Assembly: GCA_963575745.1 (NCBI GenBank)
Contig: CAUYUJ010000087.1
Location: forward strand, 1 to 64,000
Direction of reading: 5' to 3'
From: Prorocentrum cordatum
Lineage: Eukaryota
DNA length: 64,000 nt
This document shows positions 43,616-54,814 of this stretch, piece by piece; position 1 is the first letter of the stretch; the number at the start of each line of letters is the position of its first letter. Made by a program: the position numbers and the translations under genes. The notes beneath the pieces were generated by a model. The model had not been told where the DNA came from. It saw only the letters and a list, made by a program, of their open reading frames with translations, and made no database searches.

Positions 43616-46199
43616 GCAACCGAGGGCAGAGCGGTCGCTCCCGCGGCTGCACAGGACCGCTGGGCTGGAGCCATCGGTACAGCCACCCCCAGCCAGTGGC
43701 AGGGCTGGCAGGAATGGACCGCGTGGGATCGGCGCGAAGCCCCACGGACGGACTCAGATTGGAAAGGAAGGGACAAGCGGCACTTCCCTAGGGGGGACGA
43801 CCGATACTCGGACAAGCGCGCCCGCTGGTGGGCAAAAGACGACTCCTACACCCAAGGCTGACTGCGCCGGACACGGCCCACCTCAGCGTCCCAGGGTTTC
43901 CTGCCCAAGGAAACCTGCCCCCCTCATCGGCTCCTCTCTGCCCCGAAGGGGCCAGTTTCACTCACTTCGCCGCGCCCGGCTCAGGCCGCAATACCTGGGG
44001 GCAACCTCCGCTGGGGCGTAGGCTAGCCCCACATCTCACCCACGGCGCGGCATAGCTAGACATCCCACACTGGACAAGTGGACCTGCCCTCCTTTTCGGG
44101 TCCGACGCGGAGAGCCCCCCCCCCCCCCCCAGCACCCGACATCTCACCCTCTCGGGCACGGCGGGGCCGGCCCGGCCCGGGCAGACAGGCCCCTGGCCCA
44201 TGCACTTTGCTGTCCGACGACGACAGCCAACCCGCCCGCCTGAGGCGGGGGGTCGGCCACTGAACCCCCCCCCTGCGCGGCGGCAGGCTCGACCTAGCCA
44301 GGTTACAGTTTTGGCTAGTACTGACTTCAGCGGCGGCCAGCTGCGACCCTGGAGGACCAACACCCACCATCCCCGCTGAGGCATCACTCTCCGCGGGAAC
44401 GGACCATCGCCCAGCGCAGCCTGAGGTCCATGCAGGACCCCACCTCCCTCGGCGTCATAACCCCCCAAGGCCCACCCACCATTTCATTGTCTTGAGCGGC
44501 GATCAGCTGCGACCCTGGAGGAACCAACAACCACTTCCCCTGCCCCACGGGCGCGGGGCCAGACCGAGGGGAGGGGCGGCTTTCGCCCCCCGCTCTTGGC
44601 CCCGGGGCCCGCCCGACGTTCTGACCGACGTTGGTGCTGTTGCCCCACCTCCCTGGGCCGTCTGTGCCCCTCGCTGCACGTGTTTTGTCTCATCGCGCTC
44701 AGCGGTGGTGAGCTGCGACCCTGGAGGGCCACGCGGTGTTTGTTGACGTTCTGGGAGCTTTGGCGGAAGTGCCAGCGGCGGGCTGGGTCTGACTTTGCGC
44801 CCGGTGGCCCTGCGCCTACCACTGTGCTGCCCCCCCCAGGCGCATCGCCCTTCGACAGCGGCACACCCCGCTCGACCTGTCTCTTGGGGGCCCACCTGCT
44901 CTGGTCTTGTTTCGCCATCACGGCACCACCACCTCCAGTGCAGCTCCCCCTCCCTTTCCTCGCTGGCGACGCCGGCGGGCTTCCCCCCCACTCAGTGGCC
45001 AGGCCTCGCCGGCACGCGCTGCGTGGCTCACAGTCGCTCGGTTACCCCCCGTGCGCTGTGGGGTGGTCTGACAGGGGCTGGCCTTGGTGCAGAGTGGCAC
45101 AGCCTTTCGCAGCAGGTGCAGCCCTACGGCTCACGACTGCTCAGCCTGTCCTGTCTGGCTGGCTCAGGTCGTCAGGGCGTTCGGAGCCTGGCGCCCCATC
45201 GGCGACTCACTCCACTGGCCCCCCACTTGCCATCCCCCAGCACGACGGGCTTGACCATGGTGGCCCTCGTCTCTCCTGTGTGGGTTGCGCTATGGCAAGC
45301 TTTGAATTCCGAGACACTTTGTCCTGTGCACGTGCTCGAGCTTGCAGGGCAATGTCCGCCGTCAGCTCCACCCCCCTCAGCTTCGCAGCTGCTGTCTGAG
45401 TGGGCCGGCCAGCTTGCGCCTGTCTTAGCTAATTCGCTTAGTTCGCGTCCCGGACTTTGCTCTTGCCGCCTGACCGTCGTCTCGCGGCCGCGACCGAAAA
45501 TGCATTCCCACCAGCCCTGCGGGGAATGGCGGATGCGGCGGATAAGGCCGTCCACGGTGGCCTTCGGCGTACACCAAGCGGCTGCCGCCGTGCAGTTCCA
45601 CCCTGGACGCCCCACCTTGCTGGCGATGTTCTCCCCCACCAGCTTGGCTTCACGCAGCGCTTCCGCTGGCGCCCGTGCAGCCGCGCGTGGATGGCCCCCT
45701 GCAGGATCGGCGGCTAGTCATTTTGCGCGGGTTGGCGGCCCCTGGAGGCCAGCCCGCTTCGAGTGGTTCAGCCTTCGCAGCCTCGGCCGCCCTCCGGGTC
45801 CACCCCACCCCCGGCTTGGTATTCGACGTTTCTCGGCGGAGCAGCACAGCTGGCGCGCACACGCCGTTGGCGCGGCTTGGGCGTGGCGCCCCACTGGCGA
45901 CGGCCCATCGCTTACCACGTCTGGTCGCCACAGCGCGTAACACAGAATTCCTTTGCATTTTGCCGCAGGGCTGCACGTTGCTCGAGCTTCCCTGGGCGTT
46001 CCAGTTCAGCCACCCCGCAGCCGCCCCAGCTGCCGCGTTTGTGAGCTGGCCCGGCTGGCTAGTGTTGCTCGCCGCCTGCGCGTTCGCTGGTGGCCGCGAC
46101 CAAACAGTATCCCCACCAGCCCATCCAGAAACGATGTCCAGGCGAGTTGAGGTGATCAGGGAAGGGCGGCAGCAAAGAGGAGGACGGCCGAACCGTGCA

Positions 46200-46372
46200 A
46201 AGGAGTGAGGAGGAGAAGGAGGAGGTGGATGGATGGATGGATGGATGGATGGATGAGGGAGTGGGAAGAAAGAGAATGAATAGGATGAGGAGGAGGCGGA
46301 GGAGGAGGAGGAGGAGAAGGAAGAGAAGGAGTGGGAGCAGGAAGGAGGAACAGGAGGAGGAGGAGGAGGGCA
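46200..46372. repeat. (GGAT)n and purine-rich simple repeats
   Basis: Direct reading. Confidence 0.85.
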
Positions 46373-46379
46373 AGCACAA

Positions 46380-46872
46380 GGGCCAGAGGTCTCTTGAATG
46401 CCTCTCAGAGCCTCTTGGGGTATCTCTTGGGCGATTATTGGTGGCCTTTTGGGACGTTTTGGGGGTCTCTTGGCGATCCTGGGGGGCTCTTCGGGGTCTT
46501 GGGTGCCTCGGGGGGGCCTTCTGGGGCCGCTTAGGGTATTTTTGGGGGCCTCTTGGGGCCATTTTGGGGCCTCTTGGGGCCTCCTGGGCGCTTTTGGGGG
46601 CCATCTTGGAAGAGATCGGTCAACGAAGGGGGGTCCTTAGTTACGCTCCCCCCCCAGGAGGCCAAAATGGCGCCAAAACCATTGTAAAATCAATGGTTGT
46701 GGCTTCCTCGCCGAGGCCGTTTTGGACGCTCTAACTACCCGCGGCCCCCCCCCGTCCAGGTCCACGGGGAGGGGGTAGGGGGAGGGGTAAACCCCTCCCC
46801 GAAGGGGAAGAGGGAGGGATGGAAGAGGAAACGCCCTAAACCACCGACGCCCAGAGGGCTGGTGGGATTTAT
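46380..46872 (+). repeat. Family D repeat with 3' stem-loop
   Basis: TCTTGGG units; terminal CCACC-GAC-GCCC-AGA-GGGC-T-GGTGG-GATT. Confidence 0.75.
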
Positions 46873-46879
46873 AAACAAC

Positions 46880-47410
46880 TGTGCGCGGCTTTAACGCGAC
46901 AGCCACAGTTCAAAAATTGCCTGCCCTCACTCCGTGAAACTCTTGCGGATGTATAAGACGAGGGCGCGCGGCGCGAAGGCGAGAAGCACAGTTTGAAAAT
47001 CGCCCGCCCTCCATAATTATGTAAATCGGTTGCCAACTCTTGACTTTTAGGATCATAGATGGCGAGGAAGTCTCAGGCGGAACGCCCGGCCCGCCCTTTC
47101 GACCAGCCTCGGGGTTCGATAGGGAGGAATTACTTGTAAGAAAAATAAATGTAAGAGGAGAAGGAGGAGGAGGAGGAGGAGGAGGAGGAGGAGGAGGACG
47201 AGGAGGAGGAGGAGGAGGAGGAGGAGGAGGAGGAGGAGAAGGAATAATGAGGAGGAGGAGGAGGACGAGGAGGAACGAGGAGGAAGAGGAGGAGGAGGGA
47301 GGGGAGGGAGGGAGGGAGGGAGGAATTGAGGGAGGGAGGGAGAAAGAAGGAGGAGCAGGAGGAGAAGGCGGAAGAGGGGTGAGGGAGAGAGGGAGGGAGG
47401 GAGGGAGGCG
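46880..47410 (+). repeat. Family C fragment followed by a (GGA)n tract
   Basis: Matches 28720-29150 (CCGTGAAACTCTTGC, CCCTTTCGACCAGCCTCGGGG). Confidence 0.75.
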
Positions 47411-47429
47411 CGCCCTCTCGGCGTCGCGC

Positions 47430-49217
47430 TGGCCTTTGATTGCTCCAACGCCTTCAACAGCATCCCTCGCGGCATGTTGATCGACAGCGTGCGGCGGAGG
47501 GCGCCCCGACTGTTCCAGAGCACCCATCACTGGTTCGTGGGAACCACCCAGCACCACTAGTGGAACGACCCTGCCGACGGCGACCACCGCGTTCGGGCCA
47601 GCAAGGGCGTCGATCAGGGGCGCCCGCTCTCCCCAGCGTTCTTCGCTATTGGCATTGCAGAGGCGCTCTACGATATCTACTCGCGTCTCCGGGCGCTCTC
47701 GCCCTCTTGCCGGGTGTTCAGCTACCTCGGCGACATCATGGTCTTCGTCCCACCAGAGCACGCAGACGCAGCCATGCAGTTTGTCATTGACATCCTTACG
47801 TGGCACGGCCTTGCAGTCAGCCAGACCAAGACCAGACCAAGACCAAAGCGTGGTCCGCTGGAGGGCGCGGCCACTTGCCGGCCAACGTCCAGGAGTGCTG
47901 GGTGGACAACCTCACGCGCTTGGGAAACACTGCCCCGTGGCTCGATCAGGGAAGGAGAGGAGAGGATGAGGAGGTGACCGTCCACGCCGGTCTAGACGGG
48001 ACCGCGGTCGTGGCCAAGGCTGCGGCATTTGCCGCCCGCCTGCAAGAGCTGCGGCAGGCGGGCCTCTGGGCTGAGAGTGCGTTCATTCTCCTGCAGACAT
48101 TCGCTCGCGGATGTGTCACGCACCACCTCCGCGCCAAAGCTCGACCGAGTTTTCTTCGGCTGCCTCGGGCAGCTAGCCAGCGGGCCAAACCGCCCCGCAA
48201 CGCCTCCAAGCCACGCTGCGCCTCGCCGACGGCGGTTGCGCTTTCCCTTCGGCTACCCTGACGGCGCCCGCCGCGCACGCCGCCAGCGGGGCCCTCCTGT
48301 TCCACGACGTCATGAGGTGCCTCGAGGCCAACTCGCTGGAAGAGTTCCGGGCACGCTGCCCGCGGACGCCACGGGTGCCCGACCAGGCAGAGGCGACGTT
48401 CCAAGCTGCTGGCGTTCTGCAGGCGTCCTTCGTTTAGATCGGACGCACCGCAGACCCGCAACCTAAGCTACAGGAGCACTGGGCAGGCGAAATTGCTGCA
48501 GACGCCCGACGAGGACCGCCGCCTCCACTTGCGAGAGAACGGAGGCACCAGAGCAGCCAGCTGGCTGGTTACTCCCGCGCCAGCTGGGCGATCCCCGCCA
48601 GCCAAACGCGCGCTTCTGTAACAACCTCACACCGCCGCGAGGATGGAAGTCTCTGCAGCAAGGCCCTCGACCCGCACGGCTGGCACGCAGTCAAGTGCGC
48701 GGTGGGCGCGTCGCGCAACCAGCGCCACAAGAAGTGCCGCGACTGGCACTCCACGAAGCACAATGAGTTCACAAGCTTCGCGACGCCCACAGAGCAGGCC
48801 GCCCCTGTCTGGGATCGCCGCCACCCCCGCACTGGGACGCTGCAGCAAGCCGTCCTCGACCATTCCACCAACGACCCGGCCAACAACCGCCACGTGTACG
48901 TCGATTGGGCAATCACCTGCGCACACTCAACCTACGCTCCACGCAGGGGTGCCCGGGCAGACAGAGACGGCTTCGCGGCCGCCTAGATGGTGGAACAGGA
49001 ACGTGAGCGGCACCCCCCACCTGGGGACGAGCTGGTCCCCCTCGTCTTCGAGAGAGAGGGCCGGCCCAGCGACGAAGCCGCTAGCTTCGTCCGCAGCTAT
49101 GGAGTCGACCTAGACGACGGCGAGCGTTCCGAGTTGTTGGGCAGCCTCTGGCGGCAGATCAGCAGAACCCTCCACATGGGTAACGCCGAGATGTTGCTAA
49201 GCGCATTCGGGCGCTAG
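47430..49217 (+). mobile_element. Decayed 5'-truncated CRE-like non-LTR retrotransposon (RT plus restriction-like endonuclease)
   Basis: DCSNAFNSIPR, GVDQGRPLSP, YLGD (from YLDD, 47723-47734); RLE region RH..RDW, VLD, VYVDWAIT, LVPLVFEREGR, ISRTLHMGNA; multiple stops and frameshifts. Confidence 0.85.
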
Positions 49218-49269
49218 GCGAGCTGCCCCCCGCCTCCGCTCGGTCCACCGCGACCGCCGCCAGCGCAGT

Positions 49270-49510
49270 GGCCACCACGTGCGGCCGCGACCACAGCCAC
49301 GAACTCGGACCACGACGACCACCGACAGAATGACAGTCACCACCACCACCACGACGACTCTGAACACAACGACCCCCACGACCACCGACGCCGCGACCAC
49401 GACCAGCGCCAGCAAATTCACTACCGCGACCACCGCCGACCAGCACTACGACCACGACCACGGCCAGCAACGGCGCCATGACCGCCACCACGGCCACTAT
49501 CACCACCGAC
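49270..49510. repeat. Degenerate (ACC/ACG)n simple repeat
   Basis: Direct reading. Confidence 0.75.
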
Positions 49511-49809
49511 CCGAACGCACCCGCCCCCGGCCGCCCCTCTCCTTTCCTCTCCCTGCCCTTGCTGGGCCGCCCTTGCCGCCGCACGCGCCTTGCGTTTCGC
49601 ATCCGCCTTCTTCCGCCCCTCCCTTCCCCCCCCCCCCGCTCCTTACGCGCCGGCTGACCGGCGCAGAGAGCGCGGGCAGCCTCCAGCCGGCGTCGCAACC
49701 TGGCACCTGCCTCAAGACGAGGCTGGCCAGGGGCGCACCGGACCGTGCACGGCCCCCCTCTGGGCGGCCCCCACAGAGCCAGCGGGGGCGCCACCCCCGC
49801 GACTGGCCG

Positions 49810-50333
49810 AGAGGGAGGGAGACAGGGAGGAGGAGGAGGAGGAGGAGGAGGAGGAAGAGGAGAAGGAGGACGACGAGGAAGAGGAGGAGGAGGAGGAGGA
49901 GGAGGAAGAGGAGGAGGAAAAGGAGGAGGAGGAGGAGGAGGAGGAGGAAAAGGAGGAGAGGAGGAGGAGGAGGAGGAGGAGTAGGAAGAGGAGAGGAGGA
50001 GGAAGAGGAGAGGGAGGAGGAGAAGGAGGAGGAGGGGCGAAGCGGAGGAGGAGAGAGGGGAGGGGACGGAGGCAGGATGAAGGCGGAGGAGGGAGGGAGG
50101 GGAGGGAAGGGGAGGTGAAGGGAGGGAGGGAAGGGAGGGAGGGAGGGGAGGGAGGGAGGGAGGGGAGGGGGGGGAGGGAGGGGAGGGGAAGAGGGATGGG
50201 CGGGGAGGCGATGGGAGGGGAGGGGAGGGAGGGAGGGCGGGGGGGAGGGGAGGGGCGGGGCGGGCGGGGCGGGGAGGGGAGGGGAGGGGAGGGGAGGGGA
50301 GGGGAGGGGGAGGGGAGGGGAGGGGAGGGGAGG
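49810..50333. repeat. (GGA)n/(GGGA)n/(GGGGA)n polypurine tract
   Basis: Direct reading. Confidence 0.95.
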
Positions 50334-50664
50334 CAAGCTAGGTGCGCTCGCGTCATATCTGACGTCCTACCCCTCCCTCACATCCCTTACCATGGCGTAG
50401 ATCCCTTTTCTATTTGCACAGTCAGATGTCGTAGCGTGGCATAGCATTACATGGCATAGTATGGTGTTGAAGATCAACGCGTAGCAAAGCATTGCGTGGC
50501 GACGCCCCAAAGTGGGGGTGGGCTTCTGCGGCCACGAAATCAACGAATCTGCACCGAATATGTGATCACTTCCGATGATTTTGTTCGGGGCGACGTTTTT
50601 TTGATATTGGAGCTTATTTGGGACGACCGAGAACCATGCCGTGGCATGGCATTGGAGATAATGA

Positions 50665-50850
50665 CGCAAGCGCTGCAGCGGGAGCACGATTCGGAACGGG
50701 CGGAAGCGCGGAAATGAGGCCAGCGCTGCAGCGAGAGCACGATTCGGAACGACCGGACGCGCGGAAATGAGGCCAGCGCTGCAGCGGGAGCTCGATTCGG
50801 AACGAGCGGAAGCCCGAAAATGAGGCCAGCGCCTCAGCAGGAGCAGCATT
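50665..50850. repeat. ~53-bp tandem repeat, about 3.5 copies
   Basis: AAATGAGGCCAGCGCTGCAGCGRGAGCWCGATTCGGAACG. Confidence 0.85.
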
Positions 50851-51005
50851 TCTACAGAAAAAGTCCCAGAAACCTTGTGTGTAAAAAGCAGTGCGCGGAG
50901 GGGGCCGGATATTTTTCAAACGTCATCAGGGGAGAGAGGAGAGTAGTTTGAGGGAGTTTCTGTGGAACTCACGTCATCCTCACCCCCGGCGCGAAGAGCA
51001 CGAGT

Positions 51006-52333
51006 CCAGAGCGGCCTCCGGCACCGTTTCCGGACAGATCCGGTGGATCCGCTGGATCCGCTGGATCCGGTGACGAATCCCAAACCGGCGCCCTCGCTTG
51101 AGACATCCTCACAAAACCGGCCCCGGGGGAGGTGCCCAGAGGAGCCCAGAGCGGCCTCCGGCACCGTTTCCGGACAGATCCGGTGGATCCGCTGGATCCG
51201 CTGGATCCGGTGACGAATCCCAAACCGGCGCCCTCGCTTGAGACATCCTCACAAAACCGGCCCCGGGGGAGGTGCCCAGAGGAGCCCAGAGCGGCCTCCG
51301 GCACCGTTTCCGGACAGATCCGGTGGATCCGCTGGATCCGCTGGATCCGGTGACGAATCCCAAACCGGCGCCCTCGCTTGAGACATCCTCACAAAACCGG
51401 CCCCGGGGGAGGTGCCCAGAGGAGCCCAGAGCGGCCTCCGGCACCGTTTCCGGACAGATCCGGTGGATCCGCTGGATCCGCTGGATCCGGTGACGAATCC
51501 CAAACCGGCGCCCTCGCTTGAGACATCCTCACAAAACCGGCCCCGGGGGAGGTGCCCAGAGGAGCCCAGAGCGGCCTCCGGCACCGTTTCCGGACAGATC
51601 CGGTGGATCCGCTGGATCCGCTGGATCCGGTGACGAATCCCAAACCGGCGCCCTCGCTTGAGACATCCTCACAAAACCGGCCCCGGGGAGGTGCCCAGAG
51701 GAGCCCAGAGCGGCCTCCGGCACCGTTTCCGGACAGATCCGCTGGATCCGCTGGATCCGCTGGATCCGGTGACGAATCCCAAACCGGCGCCCTCGCTTGA
51801 GACATCCTCACAAAACCGGCCCCGGGGGAGGTGCCCAGAGGAGCCCAGAGCGGCCTCCGGCACCGTTTCCGGACATCCGCTGGATCCGCTGGATCCGGTG
51901 ACGAATCCCAAACCGGCGCCCTCGCTGAGACATCCTCACAAAACCGGCCCCGGGGGAGGTGCCCAGAGGAGCCCAGAGCGGCCTCCGGCACCGTTTCCGG
52001 ACAGATCCGGTGGATCCGCTGGATCCGCTGGCTCCGGTGACGAATCCCAAACCGGCGCCCTCGCTTGAGACATCCTCACAAAACCGGCCCCGGGGGAGGT
52101 GCCCAGAGGAGCCCAGAGCGGCCTCCGGCACCGTTTCCGGACAGATCCGGTGGATCCGCTGATCCGCTGGATCCGGTGACGAATCCCAAACCGGCGCCCT
52201 CGCTTGAGACATCCTCACAAAACCGGCCCCGGGGGAGGTGCCCAGAGGAGCCCAGAGCGGCATCCGGCACCGTTTCCGGACAGATCCGGACAGATCCGGT
52301 GGATCCGCGCCCCGGGGGAGGTGCCCAGAGGAG
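51006..52333. repeat. Highly homogeneous 140-bp satellite, about 9.5 copies
   Basis: GCGGCCTCCG at 51011, 51151, 51291, 51431, 51571..; each unit has three GGATCC in 9-bp subrepeats. Confidence 0.97.
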
Positions 52334-52557
52334 GAATGAGGAGGAGGAGGAGGAGGAGGAGGAGGAGGAGGAGGAGGAGGAGGAGGAGAAGATGATGGAG
52401 CTGCGGGGTGGAGGAGGACAGACGGAGGCAAGAGAAGGATGGAGGAGGAGGAGGAGGAGGAGGAGGAGGAGGAGGAGGAGGAGGAACCTCATCCTCACCC
52501 TCGCCAACAAGCGCACGCACCTTCTTCTATATACAGAAACTCCCGATCAACCGCAGA

Positions 52558-52657
52558 NNNNNNNNNNNNNNNNNNNNNNNNNNNNNNNNNNNNNNNNNNN
52601 NNNNNNNNNNNNNNNNNNNNNNNNNNNNNNNNNNNNNNNNNNNNNNNNNNNNNNNNN
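52558..52657. other. Assembly gap (100 N) flanked by (GAG)n tracts
   Basis: Direct reading. Confidence 0.99.
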
Positions 52658-52853
52658 GGAGGAGGAGGAGGAGGAGGGCGAGGAGGGCGAGGAGGAGCGA
52701 GGAACGAGGAGCGAGGAGCTAGCGGGAGCAGGAGGGGATTTTCCTCGCCGGAGAGGCAATGCACGGGGCAGCTCGCGCTGCGGCGGCGCCGCTGCCGCAG
52801 CCGGCCACGGCCGAAGCCTGCACTCCTGCCCAAGGTCCCTCGCCTTCGCTGCA

Positions 52854-52886
<33 letters not shown>

Positions 52887-53212
52887 GAGGAGGAGGAGGA
52901 GGAGGAGGTCGTCGTCGTCGTCGAGGTCGGATGTGTTGAGGGTGTCTGCCCCTTTCTGGGGACTTCTGGGGGCCTCGGACCTCCGGAAGACCTCCTGGGG
53001 AGGAGGGTGAGGGGGCAGGATTCCGTTGAGGAAGAGATGCCAGTATTGCTACCCTTCCCTCGTCGCCACGGCTGGAGTCGCCTCGAAATTTGGGTCAGAT
53101 CGCACACCTCCAGAGGTTTGGGGAGTAGTAGTATCGCTACATCTCTCTCCCTCTAAAATGCGAAGGGGAAGGAGGAGGAGGAGGCGGCGGATTTCGTTTG
53201 CCATTGCCTCAG

Positions 53213-53337
53213 GCGACACGCCAGGGGAAGACCTGGCGCCCGCAGACGCAGCGGCCCCACTCGATCTGGATCCCATGGGCGACCGTCCAGCGACTACGAT
53301 GGTTGTGCGGAACGTGCCGCAGCGCACGACTAAGCAG
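53213..53337 (+). CDS. Mei2-like RRM protein, penultimate exon
   Basis: CTCAG|G acceptor; ..ATTMVVRNVPQRTTKQ is the first strand of the Mei2-type RRM; CAG|GA donor. Confidence 0.75.
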
Positions 53338-53574
53338 GAGCGTGGAGGAGAAAATTCATCCGATACCGATACAGTTGAACATCAAATCAGAAACCAGCCA
53401 GCTGGCGTGTGCCCCACAACAGTTTCATATTCCCCGATGGGCCGGGGGAGGCATTGGGGCACCTTGCGAAGCACAAGGTCGACGCAGAATGAGCCTCTAG
53501 ATGTCTCACAACAAGATATCCAGTTGCGCTGCCGCACCTCGCCACCACCGCACTCGGGCGGCCGCCTGGGGGGG

Positions 53575-54150
53575 GGGGAAGGCCTCTTTTGGGCCTCTTG
53601 GGGGCCTCTCGGGGTCTCGCGCGGGGCTCTTGGGCCGTCTTAGTGCGGGCTTGGCCCGTCTGACGCCTTCCTAGGCCGTCTCAGGGGTCTTTCTGGACCG
53701 TCTTGGGGCCATCTTGGGGCGCTTTTTACGCCGCCGTGAAGGTCTTTCGGATCGTCTTGGGGCCGTGTTTGGGGCTTCGGGGGCGCTCTTACGCCGTCTT
53801 GGGGCACTCTTCGGCCTGTAGGGACGTCTGAGGTCTTCGGGATCTGAAGAGGCGCCAACGCTAAAATCTGTCAAAGATTTTTTGGGAAATCAATGATGTG
53901 GAGATCTTCGGTCCCCCTGGGGGTCCTCTTGGAGGCTTCTTGGGGCGTCTTGAGGGCCTCCTTGTCCGTGGTGGGGTCATCGTGGCCGTCGTGGAGACCA
54001 TATTGGACCGTCGCGATGGGGCCAGTGCGTTCGACTTGCAGGCAGTCTTGGCCGTCTTGAAGGCCACCTGGAGCCTACCTATGGGGGAGGAGGGGGCTGG
54101 GCGAGCGCCCAGGAGGAGTATGCTACATGGAACGCCACACCGTTCATCTT
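53575..54150 (+). repeat. Family D repeat inside the Mei2-like intron
   Basis: GCCGTCTTGGGG units. Confidence 0.75.
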
Positions 54151-54502
54151 GATGTTGGGATAATATGTTGTTGGGAAGGCCCCAACGGACTTGGTCACAC
54201 AAGTAAGCGAATTTCAGGATCGATGCGTCAGAGGCCAAATAATTGTTCCACAGGAAACGGAAGTAACGATACAAGCGAAAGCCCGACACGCACCGACCGC
54301 TGCAAGCGCGGTGTCGAGCATGAAGTGTCATGTGCATGTGCACGTGCATACAGATGCGTGCGTTACTGGATCAGTTCTTCGCTGTGTCTTTGGAGGGGGG
54401 GGCTCCTTCTGGGATCTCGTCGCCACGGATGGGTTCTCGCTGGGATCCTGGTCAGAACGCACCTTGGGAGAATAGCGGCGTCGGTACGCTTTGCTTCCCC
54501 AG

Positions 54503-54814
54503 GAGTTCCTGGCCGAGCTGAACCAGACCGGATTCGCAGGTGCATACGACTTTGCTTATTTGCCACGAGACTTCAAGACCCATTTGGGTAAGGGCACGGC
54601 GTTCGTGAATTTCATCGAACCTGAGGCTGCAGCCGCTTTCGCAGCAGCGTGGCATCGCACATACCGCTTCGGTTTGATCGGCGACGAGGGTATTGCTTTG
54701 AATGTTGCCGCAGCTTCCCTTCAAGGACTTCAGGCGAACGTTGACAAGTGGACGTCGTACCGCCGCGGGCGCGTGAAGAACCCCAACTATCTGCCATTCT
54801 TGCTGCATGAGTGA
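54503..54814 (+). CDS. Mei2-like RRM protein, last exon
   Basis: EFLAELNQTGFAGAYDFAYLPRDF..GKGTAFVNF..ASLQGLQANV..KNPNYLP matches the Mei2 RRM3 (RRM_2) pattern. Confidence 0.9.
   Translation, partial: EFLAELNQTGFAGAYDFAYLPRDFKTHLGKGTAFVNFIEPEAAAAFAAAWHRTYRFGLIGDEGIALNVAAASLQGLQANVDKWTSYRRGRVKNPNYLPFLLHE

Larger units (their letters stand above)
33390..46162 (+). mobile_element. Large 5'-truncated non-LTR retroelement with RNase H and SF1 helicase cargo
   Basis: RT-thumb, CCHC and RNase H remnants, then same-strand cargo frames, then a 3' region that is duplicated at 8650-10502. Confidence 0.7.

Noticed and set aside
44294..44318. SL-like CTAGCCA..TTTTGGCTAG hairpin
   Set aside because: Spacing differs from the SL and it is not conserved in the 8650 copy
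44496..44525. Hammerhead ribozyme in the 29-bp motif (antisense CTGATCG)
   Set aside because: The core is not CUGANGA and no properly placed GAAA was found
8650..46162. The two 1.85-kb direct repeats as LTRs of one 37-kb element
   Set aside because: Copies are strongly diverged, lack TG..CA ends, and enclose unrelated elements; the adjacent pol is LINE-type
49500..50444. Long poly-E/R/P ORFs
   Set aside because: Translations of purine microsatellites
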